A stretch of DNA of 63,902 bases, filler included, from Olpidium bornovanus S191 (taxonomy: Eukaryota; Fungi; Olpidiomycota): the NCBI GenBank assembly GCA_017911155.1. It is 27 parts of 27 records of this genome, joined end to end, with 100 filler letters (N's around TTAATTAATTAA, not from the genome) between each part and the next. Parts side by side here need not be neighbours in the genome. Positions count along the whole stretch, not along the records: positions 11,766 to 13,591 come from JAEFCI010002681.1; positions 13,692 to 16,847 come from JAEFCI010004032.1; positions 16,948 to 19,331 come from JAEFCI010007173.1; positions 19,432 to 22,206 come from JAEFCI010012459.1; positions 22,307 to 23,410 come from JAEFCI010003947.1; positions 23,511 to 25,262 come from JAEFCI010003141.1; 21 more parts are not named here. One strand, written 5' to 3'. Below the pieces are notes generated by a model. That model saw nothing but the letters and a program-made list of their open reading frames with translations, had not been told where the DNA came from and made no database searches. Below are positions 11,788 to 24,730 of the stretch, piece after piece. The stretch's first letter is position 1, and every line of letters begins with the position of its first letter. The translations under genes and the position numbers were made by a program.

Positions 11788-13591
11788 ATGGAAACCACCC
11801 ATCGCAAGAAGCATCGCCTGCCGATCTTCACCGCGCACAATGTCGCCGTCGCCGAGGGCCTGCCGCCGCAGGATGCGCCTCGGCAGCGCACAGCCGTCCA
11901 ACAGCATCACGGGATGGAACTGCCGCCCGTACAGCGGCTGAGGATGTCCACGTCGTCCCTCGGGGCGCTCAGCAAGCTCCTCGTCACTCAAAGAATGGAG
12001 ACTGTGATCGTAACCGGAGGACGGGAGGCGGGAGGAAATCAGCCGCGCTGCAGGGCAGAATTTCTCGAGGAATCAAACGCGGCGGCCGCCGTGCCGCAGG
12101 TCGAGACTATGGGGCCGGCGCCGATGCCGCGGGCAAGGTTCTTTAAGCGGCAGCCGATCCTTCGGCACCGCGCGCTGCCACCTGTGGGCTCCGGCAGCAC
12201 TGCCCTTCCTCCTGCCAGCGTCGAAGCGGAGCTGGCACCGGAGAGTGGAGAGGCAGGGAAGGTGCAACTTGCAGACTCCGGGATGAAGGACAGGGCGGAA
12301 ATGCAGCAGCGTCCGGACGAGCCGGAAATCCCTCCGCAGAAAGCTTCGGCGTCCCAGAAGATGCAGAAGGCGACAGCGGATTATATCAAGGCGTTTGAAC
12401 CAAAGGTTCTCCTCCCTTTCGAAAGCCGTCCCGGAATTACCCCTAGGAAGATAGAAATCGAGCGGAAGAAGCGATTGTTCGCCGCCCAGAACGTTCGCGA
12501 CCTTCTAAGCTCGGAGGGCATTGAGCCGTCAATGCTGACTGCCGGATTGGACATCAGCCAGTCGTGGTCGGCAGCTGCTCAGGATGATAGGCTCGCACAC
12601 GGTAGCACCGGCAGCCTTCTCTCTTCAAGCGGCCAACTGGAGATCGACAAGCCGCAAGCTCCCGCGCCGTTTCTGCCTTTGCACATTTTCGACAACACTA
12701 GCTACGAGAGCCGTCTGATCGACGAATGGCTGGAGATGGATGCGCCGCTGTCAGTCGTCCGCAACCGCCACGACAAAAGGCGAGCGGAGAAGCGCAAGGC
12801 TCAGGAGAAGAAATTTAGCGTGCGGATTGCGACGGTTCCCGTTCCCGCCAAAGCGTTCCTCAACGGGGAGTGGCAAGACTGTTTCATGACGGCCATGGAC
12901 GAGGTGTCGGGGAAGTTTAAGATCCGATGGAGGTCGGGGAGCAGCCCGGTGCCGCTGGACGAGGAGGGCAACGTCATTGTGGAGTTTGAGGGGGACGGGC
13001 CGGACGCTGAAGGCGATCGCGGCGAGAACGGCGAGATCTTGTGGGCCTGGGTGTACAGAGTGCACCTGCTTTTTGCCGCCGAGGATCCATTTGTCTTTGT
13101 CGCTCGTGTCAAGTCCGCGCACGAGAGGAGGCTCCGCACGGAGGCTTCCCTTGTAGGTGGTAACCTCTGTTTCCCGGCCAAACGATAAATTATTCGGTGG
13201 CCGGCCGAGATTTGACAAGGCTCGGTTGCCCGCCCAGCGATACAGTCTGTACGTCGACTGCGTGCCGTCGCGAGGTGCGCCCACCATGCCAGAAGAGCAA
13301 GCGAAACGTATCGAGGCCATTGCCGAAAGTGGAAAGCTGACCAAGAAATTTGCTGGGTGTCCGGTTATCGCGAGCCTCTCGGACGAGGTCAAGCTCGACT
13401 ACGTTCGGGCCATGAATCAGATTTTATTTGACAAGGAGGTGACGGATCCCGCCAACCGGGCGATGTATTCGTTCGTCGAAGTATCAAAGCCCGACGACGA
13501 GCATCCCAGCAAGAGGTACGAAGCGAGGCGAGGCCGTGCGGTTTCCTTCGTGAGGCGGCGGGTCGTGCCATTGCACCTTCGCACATGCGGG
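11788..13591 (+). CDS. DNAH1: Axonemal inner-arm dynein heavy chain, DNAH1-type N-terminal region, partial
   Basis: FEPKVLLPF..PG..PRKIEIERKK, LPLHIFDN, VPAKA, WVYRVHLLFAAEDP..F..RV..A...R..TEA, then after an intron YSLYVDCVP and EVKLDYVRAMNQILFD. These match the DNAH1 N-terminus as I recall it. Confidence 0.88.
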
Positions 13592-16573
13592 NNNNNNNNN
13601 NNNNNNNNNNNNNNNNNNNNNNNNNNNNNNNNNNNTTAATTAATTAANNNNNNNNNNNNNNNNNNNNNNNNNNNNNNNNNNNNNNNNNNNNCATGATCGC
13701 CGCCGGCGCGTTGATCGTGTCCCGTAATCTTTCCCGCTGATGAATTTGCGGCGCTGCCTGCACTAGGACCTTTGCTCGGAGCACCAGAAGCTACCCTACC
13801 GGTCACAGGGGCTATTCTCTCCGGAGTGTCAGTTGAAGTTATTTTCCCCAACTATTAGGCGTGTACGCCCAATGCTCGGCACTACCTTCCGGCGGCAGCA
13901 CAATCAGACAGCAGTCCGACGGTGTGCTTGCCCTTGATGATTTCCTGCTCGCGATCCTTCCGGTTTGCGAGGCGAACGGCGGGACCTGGGCTTGTGGCCG
14001 TTACGCCCAGTTTGCGTGCCCAGTCCTGCAGAAGATCATGCCGGGATTGTTCCTACTTTCGAAGTCTTGGTCACGTTCGGCGTCCTTTGCGATCCCGAGC
14101 AGGCCCCCTCACGATCCTCGTGGTCTGGGCTTGTTATGAAACGAAAGGGAACCACCGCAGACTCAGAAACGTCCGTGCAAGCTTGCCACCTCGGCGTTTT
14201 GGTCTGGCGTCCCATACCTTCCACTGTCGAGCACTTCAAGGTAACCAATTGACCTCTGTGCGCTGCTCACACCAGCAACTGCAGGCGACGCTCCGGTCAA
14301 AGAGACGGTGACTGAGGGATCGTCTGTGATCATGTCTACTGACGTTCTGGTCTGCGGCGCCGGTTACCGCGGCCAGAGGACAGTTGGTGGCGTTCGGCGG
14401 CGGCTTTTGCGGACTATCTTCGATATCCTTTATTCGTCCAAGTCTGGCCCGCCGGCAAACCTCCTCCCCTCCCCCCTCGCCCCCGAACCTTCTCGGCCCC
14501 TCACCTGGCGTGCGGTGGAACGCTGGGCGGTGTCGAGCGCAAGATCGCCTCGGCGCCCGCCTGGTTGTTGGGGGCGTTTTCTGCGGCGTGGGCAGGCGGA
14601 GGCGGCGGAAAAGCTCGAAGAAAAACAGGTTCGCCGCCGTCGTTCCTCTTGACCTTTTTTCGCTGCGAAGAGCACGTCCGTTCCCCTCCCGCCCCCCACT
14701 CGCGCCTTCGCGCGCCGGGCCTTCCAACGCGTCGGCAGCCGCCGTACCTCACAAGGTAAACGGCAAGCGTTGGACCTCTACGACCCAGAAATCCGCGCAA
14801 GCCCCGTATCCTGTCGTGGATAACGGTAGAATTACTATTACGGAGGACGTGGGACGGCGACGTTAGGAAGTTCGTGATAATTCTAAACTCGCGATCCGCG
14901 ACACTCTCTCCCCGTCGAGTGGTACGGAAAAGCAGAAAATAAAAAAAATAAATAAACGGAAGGTGAATCCGCCGGGTTCCTTGTCGCAATGGAATGAGTA
15001 GGCGAGGAGATAATTTGTTCGCGATACGCAGAAACGTCGGAGACCGATACGTTTGGGGTTCAGCAGCGTTACGCACGTCTCTGGCGGCTTAACCAATTGG
15101 CTGTCCTCCTGCACCGGGGTTTGCCTAATATCACCTCCAAAACCGACGTAGATTTGTCGCAGCCATACGAGCTCGCCCGTGGTCTCGGACTGCGTAGATC
15201 AACTCCCACCTCTGCGCGGTCGCATGTGGCGTACAACTGCTTTAGCCGCTGTGCAGAGGGGATTGCCGATGAGCCGTGCCGGCTAATGTTTACCCGCTGG
15301 TGAAGGCGCGGCTATGCGCGCAAACCCCAGCCAAAAAAATCTGAGAGACACTGCTAGCTGGCCTTCGAGGTCATCGCTGTGGTGGCGTGACATAAAGTCA
15401 AGACCGTGGTCTATCGTCTTCGCCGTTGTTCTACTCGCAATTCAGCCGCTCCAGAGCAGAATCCCGTGCAGGTCGGCGGGATTGCGCATGAATGGGGCCA
15501 GAAAATCTGACAGCGGCCGTTGAAAAGATACATGATGGATCAGAGCAGTCCGCGCCACAGACGCCTTACCCCTGTGTTGTCTCCAGAGTTGCCACCGTCG
15601 TAGCCTCCAGGTTGCAACTGCTAGCTTTAATTATAACAATATCATCACAACACGCAAGTTACGGTTTGAGTGCGACCGGAATACGATGGTGTCGGGCTTG
15701 ATATCGATTCTGCATGGATCGGACACGGTCCGGATACTGCATTAACGCCCCGGGCTTCCGCTGAAAAGAGATCTGGTCGAATGAGGGTACCGGCGGGGGC
15801 CAATGGGCATGCCGCCAGTTTTTTCGAGCGGAGAAATGGCTTCTCAGAGCCGATCGCAACAAAGGTAGTCAACCCCTCAATGCAACGACCGAAGAAAAGA
15901 AATCTACCCGTAATCGGTTCGCGCGGATGTTTGTTCAATTTGGGTTGTTGGTTTGGTCGGCATCGCGTGAATGTCCGTCGCAGGACGTCCAGCCCACTGG
16001 ATCGCCAGCGCACGGGACGGGCGGAGTCAACATTACCGGATTAGAATCGCAGCGCCGTTTCAGGCGAACGCGTCGGTGTGTGTGACGGTGCCGTTCTCCG
16101 ATGTCGGAAAGGCTGACGCAGTGTACTGGAAACTGTCACGCAACTCCGGCGGCGAGGAAAAAAGGCAACGCCGGTACGGTGCCAAAGTCCCCCGAGCATC
16201 TCGATTAGTGCCGTTTCCGTGGCACTGGATGTCACTTTTTGCCCCGTGCCGCGATCCTGGGTTGGCTTTGCGCTAAAATTCCCGCCAGTTAACAAATATT
16301 CTCAACCACAGTTTCCGCAACCTCGAACTACCCCGCGCGACCGGCCACGTTCGTTTACCTGGCGCCGCAGAACATTCTAGCACATTGAAGCCTTGAGCGA
16401 AAAGGCTCGTCCGAACAAGAAACGTGCAGGTGGACCTGCGAGGAATTCTTTTCTCATAGGCCGCCCGCGGGCCCGATGCGTCATCCGGCTGCTTTTGGCC
16501 GAGGGCCAAAAAAAGGCGAGCTGAAGAGCATAAAGAGGGTCCAGGTGCGCAGCGGCGGTTTCATTCTGTCGCC

Positions 16574-16609
<36 letters not shown>

Positions 16610-17222
16610 CTGTTTGCTACGATTCTCATGCTTTGGAATGCCGAAACCGCGCGGCTTCTGAGCTTCTTCTCTTCCTTTGATGTAAGACATTCCGGGTTCT
16701 CAGTCGCAATCACGCCCCCCCCCCCCCGGAATGTACCCGTGCGGGCCGCTTCCCCCCCCCCCACATACGCGGTTCGCCGTCTCAGGAATAAGGGGGCCCG
16801 TGTCGTCGCCAATTGGATGAACAACTTTTAACGTCGCTGCGAGGTCCNNNNNNNNNNNNNNNNNNNNNNNNNNNNNNNNNNNNNNNNNNNNTTAATTAAT
16901 TAANNNNNNNNNNNNNNNNNNNNNNNNNNNNNNNNNNNNNNNNNNNNCATGAACGGGCGAACCACCAAGAGTTTCCCGTCATACAACGATGCGGCGGCAT
17001 TGGCACTCGCTGTTCCCACCGCCGCCGCACAGAAGCACCAGATCGTCGTCGCTTCGTCCCAACCCCATTTGACACTCGTCGCAATCAACAAAATAAAATT
17101 CCAAAAAAAAAAACGGTCAAAAAAAGAAAAAGAAAAAAAAAACATAAACGAAACAAAAAAAAAAAAAACGCTACGAAACCTGAACATTAAAAGGAATGCC
17201 CAGCATCACCCCTGTCTGGCTT

Positions 17223-19331
17223 TTAACTTGATACAGTTTCTTCGCCCTGTGCCCCCAGGGCTTGGTCTTCTGCTGCTTGCCCCTCGTCTCCGTGGGCGCT
17301 TTCGTCACGCAATTCCTCAAGCCGCTGTGAATTCCCGGGTTGGTCGTCATCTTCCCCAGCGTCGGGGCGGCTTTCCTCCCGAAAGGGTGGAGCGCCGAGC
17401 CGCCCGGGATCGTCGGGATCATCAGCGTCGTCCCCGGGCTGTCTCCGGCTCCGACCGAGGTATTCTCTGCCGGGATCAAGGGGCGGGCCCAACGACGGCG
17501 CGGAGGAAGGCTCATCGCTGCCGCCGGTTCCGCCGAGTAGCGGTGGGCCCCCTTGAGAATCCCCAACGTGATGCCGCTTTTTCCGCGCGGCCTCCTTGAG
17601 CTTCTCCCACTTGCCACGGTACTTCGCCGACATGAGGCTCTGTGACAGAACGAAGAAGGCCGATACGGTAACGGAGCAAACAGCCTCGACAATTTCAGCG
17701 TTCGGCAGCCCCTCCCTGCGTGCAAATGGGTCTCCAATGTAAAGCCCGTCTCCTTATCCTGGCTCCTGAGGTGGGGGGAAGGGAAGCGTGAAGGGACGAA
17801 ACGAAGAAAAAACCCACATGCTTCTCTGCCTCTTGTTTCGCTACCCTCACTTCCTCTTCCAGTTCCTGGAGCTTGCTCTGCAAGCGACTGATCTGCGCGT
17901 TACCTACAAGCAAGCGAACAAGGTTCAACGGGCATTTCGCTGCCGGGCACCGACGCCGAAGGAAAGAAAACGTACTGGCAGAGTTATCTGTCCGGGAAGG
18001 CCGAACAGAGGAAAGCATAGATGACCGCATGATCTCCTGGCTCTGCATTATCCTCTTGGCGTGCCTGCTGACCTCTTGCCGGAACTGACACAGGCTGCTC
18101 TTGAGCATCGTGTTCTCATCCGCCGCCTGTTTACGATGGTGTTGTGAGTGGTCAACTCCAGCGCACAAGCGATCGTTCGCGACAGCAAATCAGAAAAGCT
18201 CACCCTTTCCAAGGAAGCGACCCTTTGGGAGAGAAAATCCACTGTCATCTTCAGCTGGTGGTTTTCGATGGCGTATTCCTCCAACGTTTTGCTTCCGGAC
18301 CTGAGCCGGTATCGGGGAGCGTTTGATTTTTAGATATGCGATACACGAACGCCGCCGTGGGATGACGTCGATTGAAAAGTCAAAAAATCACACCGGAACT
18401 TGTAAACGTCCTGAAACGTACCTGGGCAGTCCTCGAGGAGAGATGACCTGCGAAGTATTGACCAGGCCAGGGCCCAGTTGGGTAATGCTGCTGTTCCCCG
18501 TCCCAGGTTTTGCCCGCTCGCTCGGCGAACCACCGGCGGAATGGCGATAAAGGTCCGGAGAGCCAGACCCGTTGGCAATACCGTATCTGCGGTTAGATCC
18601 GAGGATGCCTTCTCTGCCTGGGACGATGAAGTACGCGGACTCGGCAACGTCCCGTCTGCCGGATGCCAGCTGTCCTGCAGCATTTTGCAACGGAGTAATG
18701 ACCAGGTTGTAACCCGGAAACCTCTCGACAACGCGCAATCCTTGCCGAAGGGGAGTAGCCCACCTGAACCAAGCCCCGTGCGCGACAGGTCATGCGCGGG
18801 CCTCCCTGGACCGTGCGCTTCAGGCATGTCCAGCGGCGGTGCCGATTTTGGTAAGTTTACGTCGATGCCCCCTCCGACAGACACATAGGAGGAGGTGAAC
18901 GGGTGGGAAATGTGTCGAACGGGGAGAAAAGTGTGCTCTGGGTAAAACTGCACTGCAGCTTGGTTGTCGCCGAGCCCGCTCGGCCCTCCCAGAGGAGCAG
19001 TGGCGAAGGCGACCGGGTTCGATATTTTCTGCATTAGGCCTTCGACTACCTCCCAGAACTTATTGAATGGGTCTGAATCGTCGCCCTGCCAAACGCGTCC
19101 GTGCACGACAAGCGGCAGCCAATCCAAAGGTATATCGTCGGGACCAAGGGATGTCGTCGACATTTGAATAGGTGTTGAGAGACGGCGACAAAAGGAGAAA
19201 TTAAGGGGATATTCGATACCACGCTGTATTTTTTCGGAGAAAAAAATGGAACCTACGTCGTCATCCTTTTCCTTAAGCACCATATACGACTCATCAATCG
19301 GCTGGCTCTTCGCGTTCGCCTGCGACGCATG
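17223..19331 (-). CDS. Conserved fungal coiled-coil protein, probably of the Atg38/NRBF2-like family; 5'-partial, multi-exon
   Basis: DPFNKFWEVVEGLMQKISNPVAFATAPLG, EEYAIENHQLKMTVDFLSQRVASLE, ENTMLKSSLCQFRQEV and C-terminal KYRGKWEKLKEAARKKR are motifs I associate with this family. The Atg38 label is from memory. Confidence 0.55.
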
Positions 19332-19431
19332 NNNNNNNNNNNNNNNNNNNNNNNNNNNNNNNNNNNNNNNNNNNNTTAATTAATTAANNNNNNNNNNNNN
19401 NNNNNNNNNNNNNNNNNNNNNNNNNNNNNNN

Positions 19432-22108
19432 CATGGACAGCCGCGGTGCACCGCTTCCGCCGCGCGGATCAGGCTTCGTGGAAACTTTGGCCGATCGGAA
19501 GCCTGGCAGCGCGGAAAACAGGCGCCGCAGGGCCTCGTCCTTGGTAGAGAAGTTAAGATTCTTCACAAACAGCGTAGACCCGGAGGCCACCGCCAGGGCG
19601 TCTGGATCGTTTTTGACATTCGCTGAGAACAAGGTCGACTTAAGGGTTTCGGCCTCCTTTGCAGGTGTTGCCGCCGCCGCTGCTTTTGTCGCAGCAGCCT
19701 TGTCTGTCTTTGAGGGGTCGTACGCTTCTCGAAACACGTTCACGGGCGCTTTTTCGAGATATAGGATGGTCGACTTAACGCGCTTGTACGCCAGGTGAGA
19801 AAATGCTGCTCGCGCCTCCGACGGGTGCAGGAATTCCACAACCGCCATGGTTCCCGCCGGAGGTATCAAAATCTGCGCCGCGCGGAGAAACTGAGTCAGC
19901 CAAGGCCCCGAACAGCACTGCGACAAACGCAGGACCGGTTTCGCGGGAAAAACGACACGTACTCTTCCTAGTTCTCCGTGCTTCCCAAAAAGTTCCCTTA
20001 GTTCTTCCTCGGTTGTGCCGTATAGGATATTCTTCACCAAGATAACGGTGTCGGATCGTTTTGTTTTTCCCCCTGTGCTGCTAGTCGCCGTCACGCGGAT
20101 GCCATTCTCCTCCAGGTATTCCTTCGTCTCCGCGATGAGTTGCGTCTCCGCAAGGGCAAGCCGGACCGCGGCGTTGTCCGCCGTCGGGTCCATTATGTCC
20201 GCCTTGGAGACGCCCAACCGCTCTGCAATCGACGCTGCGACAGCGTCTTGCTGTTTTTGGCCGGAACAAATCAATTCAGAACGGGCTCAAACCTCATCAT
20301 CAAGACCAAGGCAATGACCCAGGTTCGGGAACCCACGCTCATGAACAGGCTATTCCAGTTGAACTCATTCCGGCTGGTCGCCTTTCGCTTCAGCTCCTTC
20401 TTCTTCTTTAATGAAATCCCCGAGGCTTCACTCTCGCCGTTCGCACCAGCAAGTAGGTCGGGCTTTTCCTTGGCGGGAATAACATGCAAGATCCGTCCCT
20501 GGTAGATACTGCGGTCCATCGCCTGGTAGGCCTTCACGGCGTGCTCGGGTATTAGGTAGAGCACGTAGGCGTAGCCCTTCGGCGCCTTCGTCTCCTTGTC
20601 GATCGGCAGATGCACTTCCGACAGTGGGCCAAACGGCTCAAACGCTCGTCTGAGATCCTCTTCCAGCGTGGAGTACGGGAGGTTGCGCACGAAGAGCCGT
20701 CCAGTGTCCGAGATTTGTCGGATAGGGTCATCTTCTTCCGCGCATTCAGCCTGCGCTAGAGAATCTGCCGCGGACTTGGTTTCCGGCTTTTCGTCGTCTA
20801 ATCTTGTATCCGTGTCGGCCAGTAATTCGGAGGAGACTTCGTTTTCCCCTCGCTGAGGCGGATTGCCCTCCTCCCCCTCGTCTGCTTGTTCTTCTGCATT
20901 GCTCTCCTGTAGCGTAAGAATCATTTATCAGCTTTGACAATGGCTTTGAGGCCAAGGACCGACACAATGATAAAAGACACTAACCGTCTCGTCAAGGAGC
21001 GAAATACTGCTCTTCATCTTCGAACGCAGGTAATCCAAGTCTGATACAGACTGGTCATGCGCCAGCGTTTTCGCCCCGTCGTCAGCTTCGTCCGCAACCT
21101 CTTCCTCAAAAATTCCTTCGGAAGCGTGATCTTTTGGCAAGTCCTGGTAATCGTCGTCCGACTTGCTTCTGTCCTTCGCTGTACTAGTTGAAATCACCGG
21201 CGCGCGGCCCTGCTTCGCCACCTTTGCGGCCTGCTTCGCTACCTTGGCCAAACCGTCGTCGTTGGTCCACGTCTTTGCCTTACTCCGCGGCTGGACAACT
21301 TCAAGGTATTCCTTCAACTTCTCGTTCTCGTCGTCTTCGCACAGTTCCTTCAGCAGCTTCTCCCTCTTAGCCTTCTGCTCGGCCAATTTCGCTGCGTTCT
21401 CAGACTCTTTGCTGCATCCGCTCTCCAAGCCGTGTCTCCGAAGATACGCCGAGGAGCCCGCCGAGTGGGCACTCCACGGCCGAGGGAGATTCGGGTCAGT
21501 TTTCTATTTTCGATGCGTCCGCAAGAAGAAGTTTCGCCAGCATCGACGGACGGCGGGCGGAGGTGGGGAGGTAAGCCAGCGACGCAGCAACCCGTAGAAA
21601 CCACCGACCGGGGTGGACCACCAAGCGCACACACGACACAAAAGCCCTTCAACGAACAAACCGGGCGACTCCTTGACTGGCGGGCAGTCTGCGACCGGCG
21701 CTTTTGAAAAAACCCACCGACTTGGCCTCCTCAACCTGAATTTTCGACGTGTAGATAAACGTGTTGTTGAAGTACTCTATCGCGGCCCGCGCGTCTTCTG
21801 CGGTGCTATACCCGATGTACCCGAATCTCCGCGAGACGCCTGACCTGCCGCGTCGCAAGAAAGTGCGAAGGGAAAGAAGGGCATCGGCGTGAGTTGAGGC
21901 TCTTTACCTCCCAAGCGCAGCAGGCCGGCGAAGGAAGGTAGAGGGGAAGAAGGGGAGGGAGGGTGGTTGGAGAGAGCGGGTGAGGGACTCACGGAGTCTT
22001 CATTAGCCGGGCGTCCGTCACGTTTCCCCTCTTCTCAAAATGGGCCCTGAAGCGTTCGTCGGTCAGGTCCTTCGGCAGGTTCTTTACTATAACCCTAGTC
22101 GACGGCAT
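19432..22108 (-). CDS. MRD1: Multiple-RRM pre-rRNA processing protein Mrd1/RBM19, 3'-partial
   Basis: Starts MPSTRVIVKNLP; SRRFGYIGY; KLKEYLEVVQPRSKAKTWTNDD; TGRLFVRNLPY; FNWNSLFM; DNAAVRLALAETQLIAETKEYL; TVILVKNI; LYLEKAP; STLFVKNLNF. Confidence 0.95.
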
Positions 22109-22149
22109 TTGGGGGGGGGATGGGAGGTTTTCACTTGTTTTCTCTTTTT

Positions 22150-22191
<42 letters not shown>

Positions 22192-22322
22192 GGGGGGGGG
22201 GGGGGGNNNNNNNNNNNNNNNNNNNNNNNNNNNNNNNNNNNNNNNNNNNNTTAATTAATTAANNNNNNNNNNNNNNNNNNNNNNNNNNNNNNNNNNNNNN
22301 NNNNNNACGAAAAAAAAAAAAG

Positions 22323-22382
<60 letters not shown>

Positions 22383-23512
22383 AAACACTAAGAATAAATT
22401 GCCTGGGTCGGGCGCGCATTACCCGCGTTTCAATTTGTTTTCTTTTTGTTTTGTGTTTGGTTTTTTTGTCCCTTTCTTCTTCTTTCAGGGACAGTCGACT
22501 CCACACGGGCGGTGCGCGCGCCCGCAGCGGGGATTACGGGCCAGACGAAAACTCCGCGAAAACGCGGAAATCATCGGAAAAGCCAAAAAACAGAGAGACC
22601 ACGGCGGTTCAAAAAAAAAAAACATCAACGTGAACAGTCTTGGTCGTGTTTACCCACCGCGGGCGGGAAGACCGAGGCGTTTTAGTTAGGCGAGCCCAAG
22701 TATCCGGTTTTTGCTTGAATTGTCTCAAAAAGCTTTTTTTTTTTATTGATCTCACCAGACGGCTAACCGAAAAATCTCACTTGCGGTTTCGGACAAGCGC
22801 GCGTGCTCCTCCGAACAGAGCATCCTGATTTTTTGTTTTGGTTGGACCGTAAGCCTACTACCACTGCGCTCTCGGGCCGGAGGCGAGCTTATCCGTTTGC
22901 TCTTCGACCTCCCACTGTAGAAAATAAAAAGCGTCCCCTGGCGGAGCGACACTACGCTCTGCAGCCCCCCTTTCCTTTTGCCGCAGAATCCCTATCGAGC
23001 CGCCGCATAAAGGAAGCCAAAAATAGATACCCCGAACGCATTTGTACTGGCCCCTTCTCGTCTCCGCGAAGACACACCCAGCAGCACTCTGTTTCTCGGC
23101 TCCAAACTCAACAAACACCCTCGCCCCACCGGCCGCAAAACAAACCTTCGACCGTTGGCGCCCGCGGCGTGGAGGGGTTGGGGGAGGGGGAGGGGGGGGG
23201 AGGAGGGGCGGTTGCGGCAGACCTCCAAAAGTTTTCGAGCTGTTGTTAGTAATTATTAAGAAGGTGAAGAAAAAAGCTCCAACTGTAACGAAAGGGCAGC
23301 AGAGGAAAAGGGCAAAAAGGGAAAGGGAAAAAAAAAAAAAAAAAGGGCGGGGAGAGGGGGAGAAGTGGGAGGGGGGAGATGAGGAGGGAAAACATTAATT
23401 TCCACGCATGNNNNNNNNNNNNNNNNNNNNNNNNNNNNNNNNNNNNNNNNNNNNTTAATTAATTAANNNNNNNNNNNNNNNNNNNNNNNNNNNNNNNNNN
23501 NNNNNNNNNNCC

Positions 23513-24466
23513 ATATATGCGACATAGAGCGACACCTGGCACTAACGCGGATGGACATCGTTTCTTCTCAATCCGAGCTACATCAACTTTCTCGAGCAGG
23601 AATGCTGTGCTTGGACGTCACTCGGCATGATCTCTCCGACTCCCGAGTCGTATTATCTGCCGAGAAACCTCGGAGGCAGGGTTGCACCCCGTCAGGGAGT
23701 CTTCATTCGTCCAACGTTTACGGTAACGCAGGCATCGGGGAAACAACAGTTGATCAGCGATTTCCGCGATGTCAACTCCCATCTCGAAAAAGTTCACTTT
23801 CAAATGGAGACATGGAAGACACTAACGGCATTACTTCCGAATTTCAATTTTGCCATCTCAGTAGACATCGCCGACGCATTTCTCCATGTTCCGATCTTCC
23901 CAGCAGATCGCGATCTGCTGTTAATATTTTTGTGCGATCAGGTTTATCAACCGAATGCGATGCTATTCGGACTAACGGGCGCTCCGCGCACATTTTCGAA
24001 AACAATGAAAATCCCGGTGCAGATTCTGCGACTCAATGGTGTTACGATGTTCGCCTACATCGACGATCTGCTGATTCTTGGTCAGACGGCCGAGGAGACG
24101 AGACGTGCCGCGGTCCTGATGATTTTATTGCTCCAAGCACTTGGATTCAAAATCAAATGGCAGAAGTCATTGCTCGAGCCGCTTCAGAACCTGGTTCACT
24201 TTGGGATGAACATCGCCCTTCATCAGAAATTAATCAGCATGCCGGAGGAGAAGCGTATTCGCTTACTGCGGTTGTTACGCGCAGCGAGGCATCAGACATG
24301 GCTAAGTGCCGCTCGAACTCCGTCCTTGTTGGGGTACACGGAGTCACTGATGCTTGGACTCTTGAATGCGCGTATCTTCTTGTGCAGCTTGCACACGGCC
24401 TACCATGATGTGATTCGGAAGAATCAGGACATCTACCACCCGACACTGCACATACTACTGTTGTAA
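23513..24466 (+). mobile_element. DIRS-type (tyrosine-recombinase) retrotransposon reverse transcriptase, truncated before RNase H
   Basis: HFQMETW, ISVDIADAFLHVPI, YQPNAMLFGLTGAPRTFSK, AYIDDLLI, LGFKIKWQKSLLEPLQNLVHFG fit the DIRS1 RT pattern; no LTR integrase is seen. Confidence 0.88.
23551..24408 (+). CDS. 285-codon open frame overlapping the DIRS RT in another frame; probably the conserved overlapping ORF of DIRS1-group elements
   Basis: No stop over 858 nt, in frame 1, while the RT is in frame 2. Confidence 0.6.
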   Translation: MDIVSSQSELHQLSRAGMLCLDVTRHDLSDSRVVLSAEKPRRQGCTPSGSLHSSNVYGNAGIGETTVDQRFPRCQLPSRKSSLSNGDMEDTNGITSEFQFCHLSRHRRRISPCSDLPSRSRSAVNIFVRSGLSTECDAIRTNGRSAHIFENNENPGADSATQWCYDVRLHRRSADSWSDGRGDETCRGPDDFIAPSTWIQNQMAEVIARAASEPGSLWDEHRPSSEINQHAGGEAYSLTAVVTRSEASDMAKCRSNSVLVGVHGVTDAWTLECAYLLVQLAHGLP

Positions 24467-24530
24467 CACGCAGGGTCAAAAGGTAATTCGATTTCAGTCA
24501 GAATTCGGAACTTTTTTAAAGCGTGTTTTT

Positions 24531-24626
24531 TACTTCAGCCTTCTAGCTATCGGAAGTGAGTGTACTTCAGCTTTCTAGCTATCGGAAATGCGTGCACTTT
24601 AGCTGTTTGTCTATTGGAAGTAGGGT
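24531..24626. repeat. Tandem ~32-bp repeat, two near-perfect copies and one degenerate copy
   Basis: TACTTCAGCCTTCTAGCTATCGGAAGTGAGTG (24531) and TACTTCAGCTTTCTAGCTATCGGAAATGCGTG (24563). Confidence 0.85.
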
Positions 24627-24730
24627 TGTTTGGAGCTGATGATTCTAACAGCCAACATCTGGGCAATGGTGTCTATTTATCCCCTTTGTTCCCGGTAACC
24701 GTTGTCCTTGGAGCCGTGGGGATAATCCAG

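Noticed and set aside
14308-14652. DVLVCGAGYRG as an FAD-binding Rossmann motif
   Set aside because: The following residues do not form the expected amphipathic helix and no other oxidoreductase motif follows.
24466-24488. CAC(G/A)CAGGGTCAAAA shared with 54846-54860 as a transposon terminal inverted repeat
   Set aside because: A 14/15 match between two arbitrary sites is expected by chance in 64 kb, and no partner inverted copy or target-site duplication is visible.
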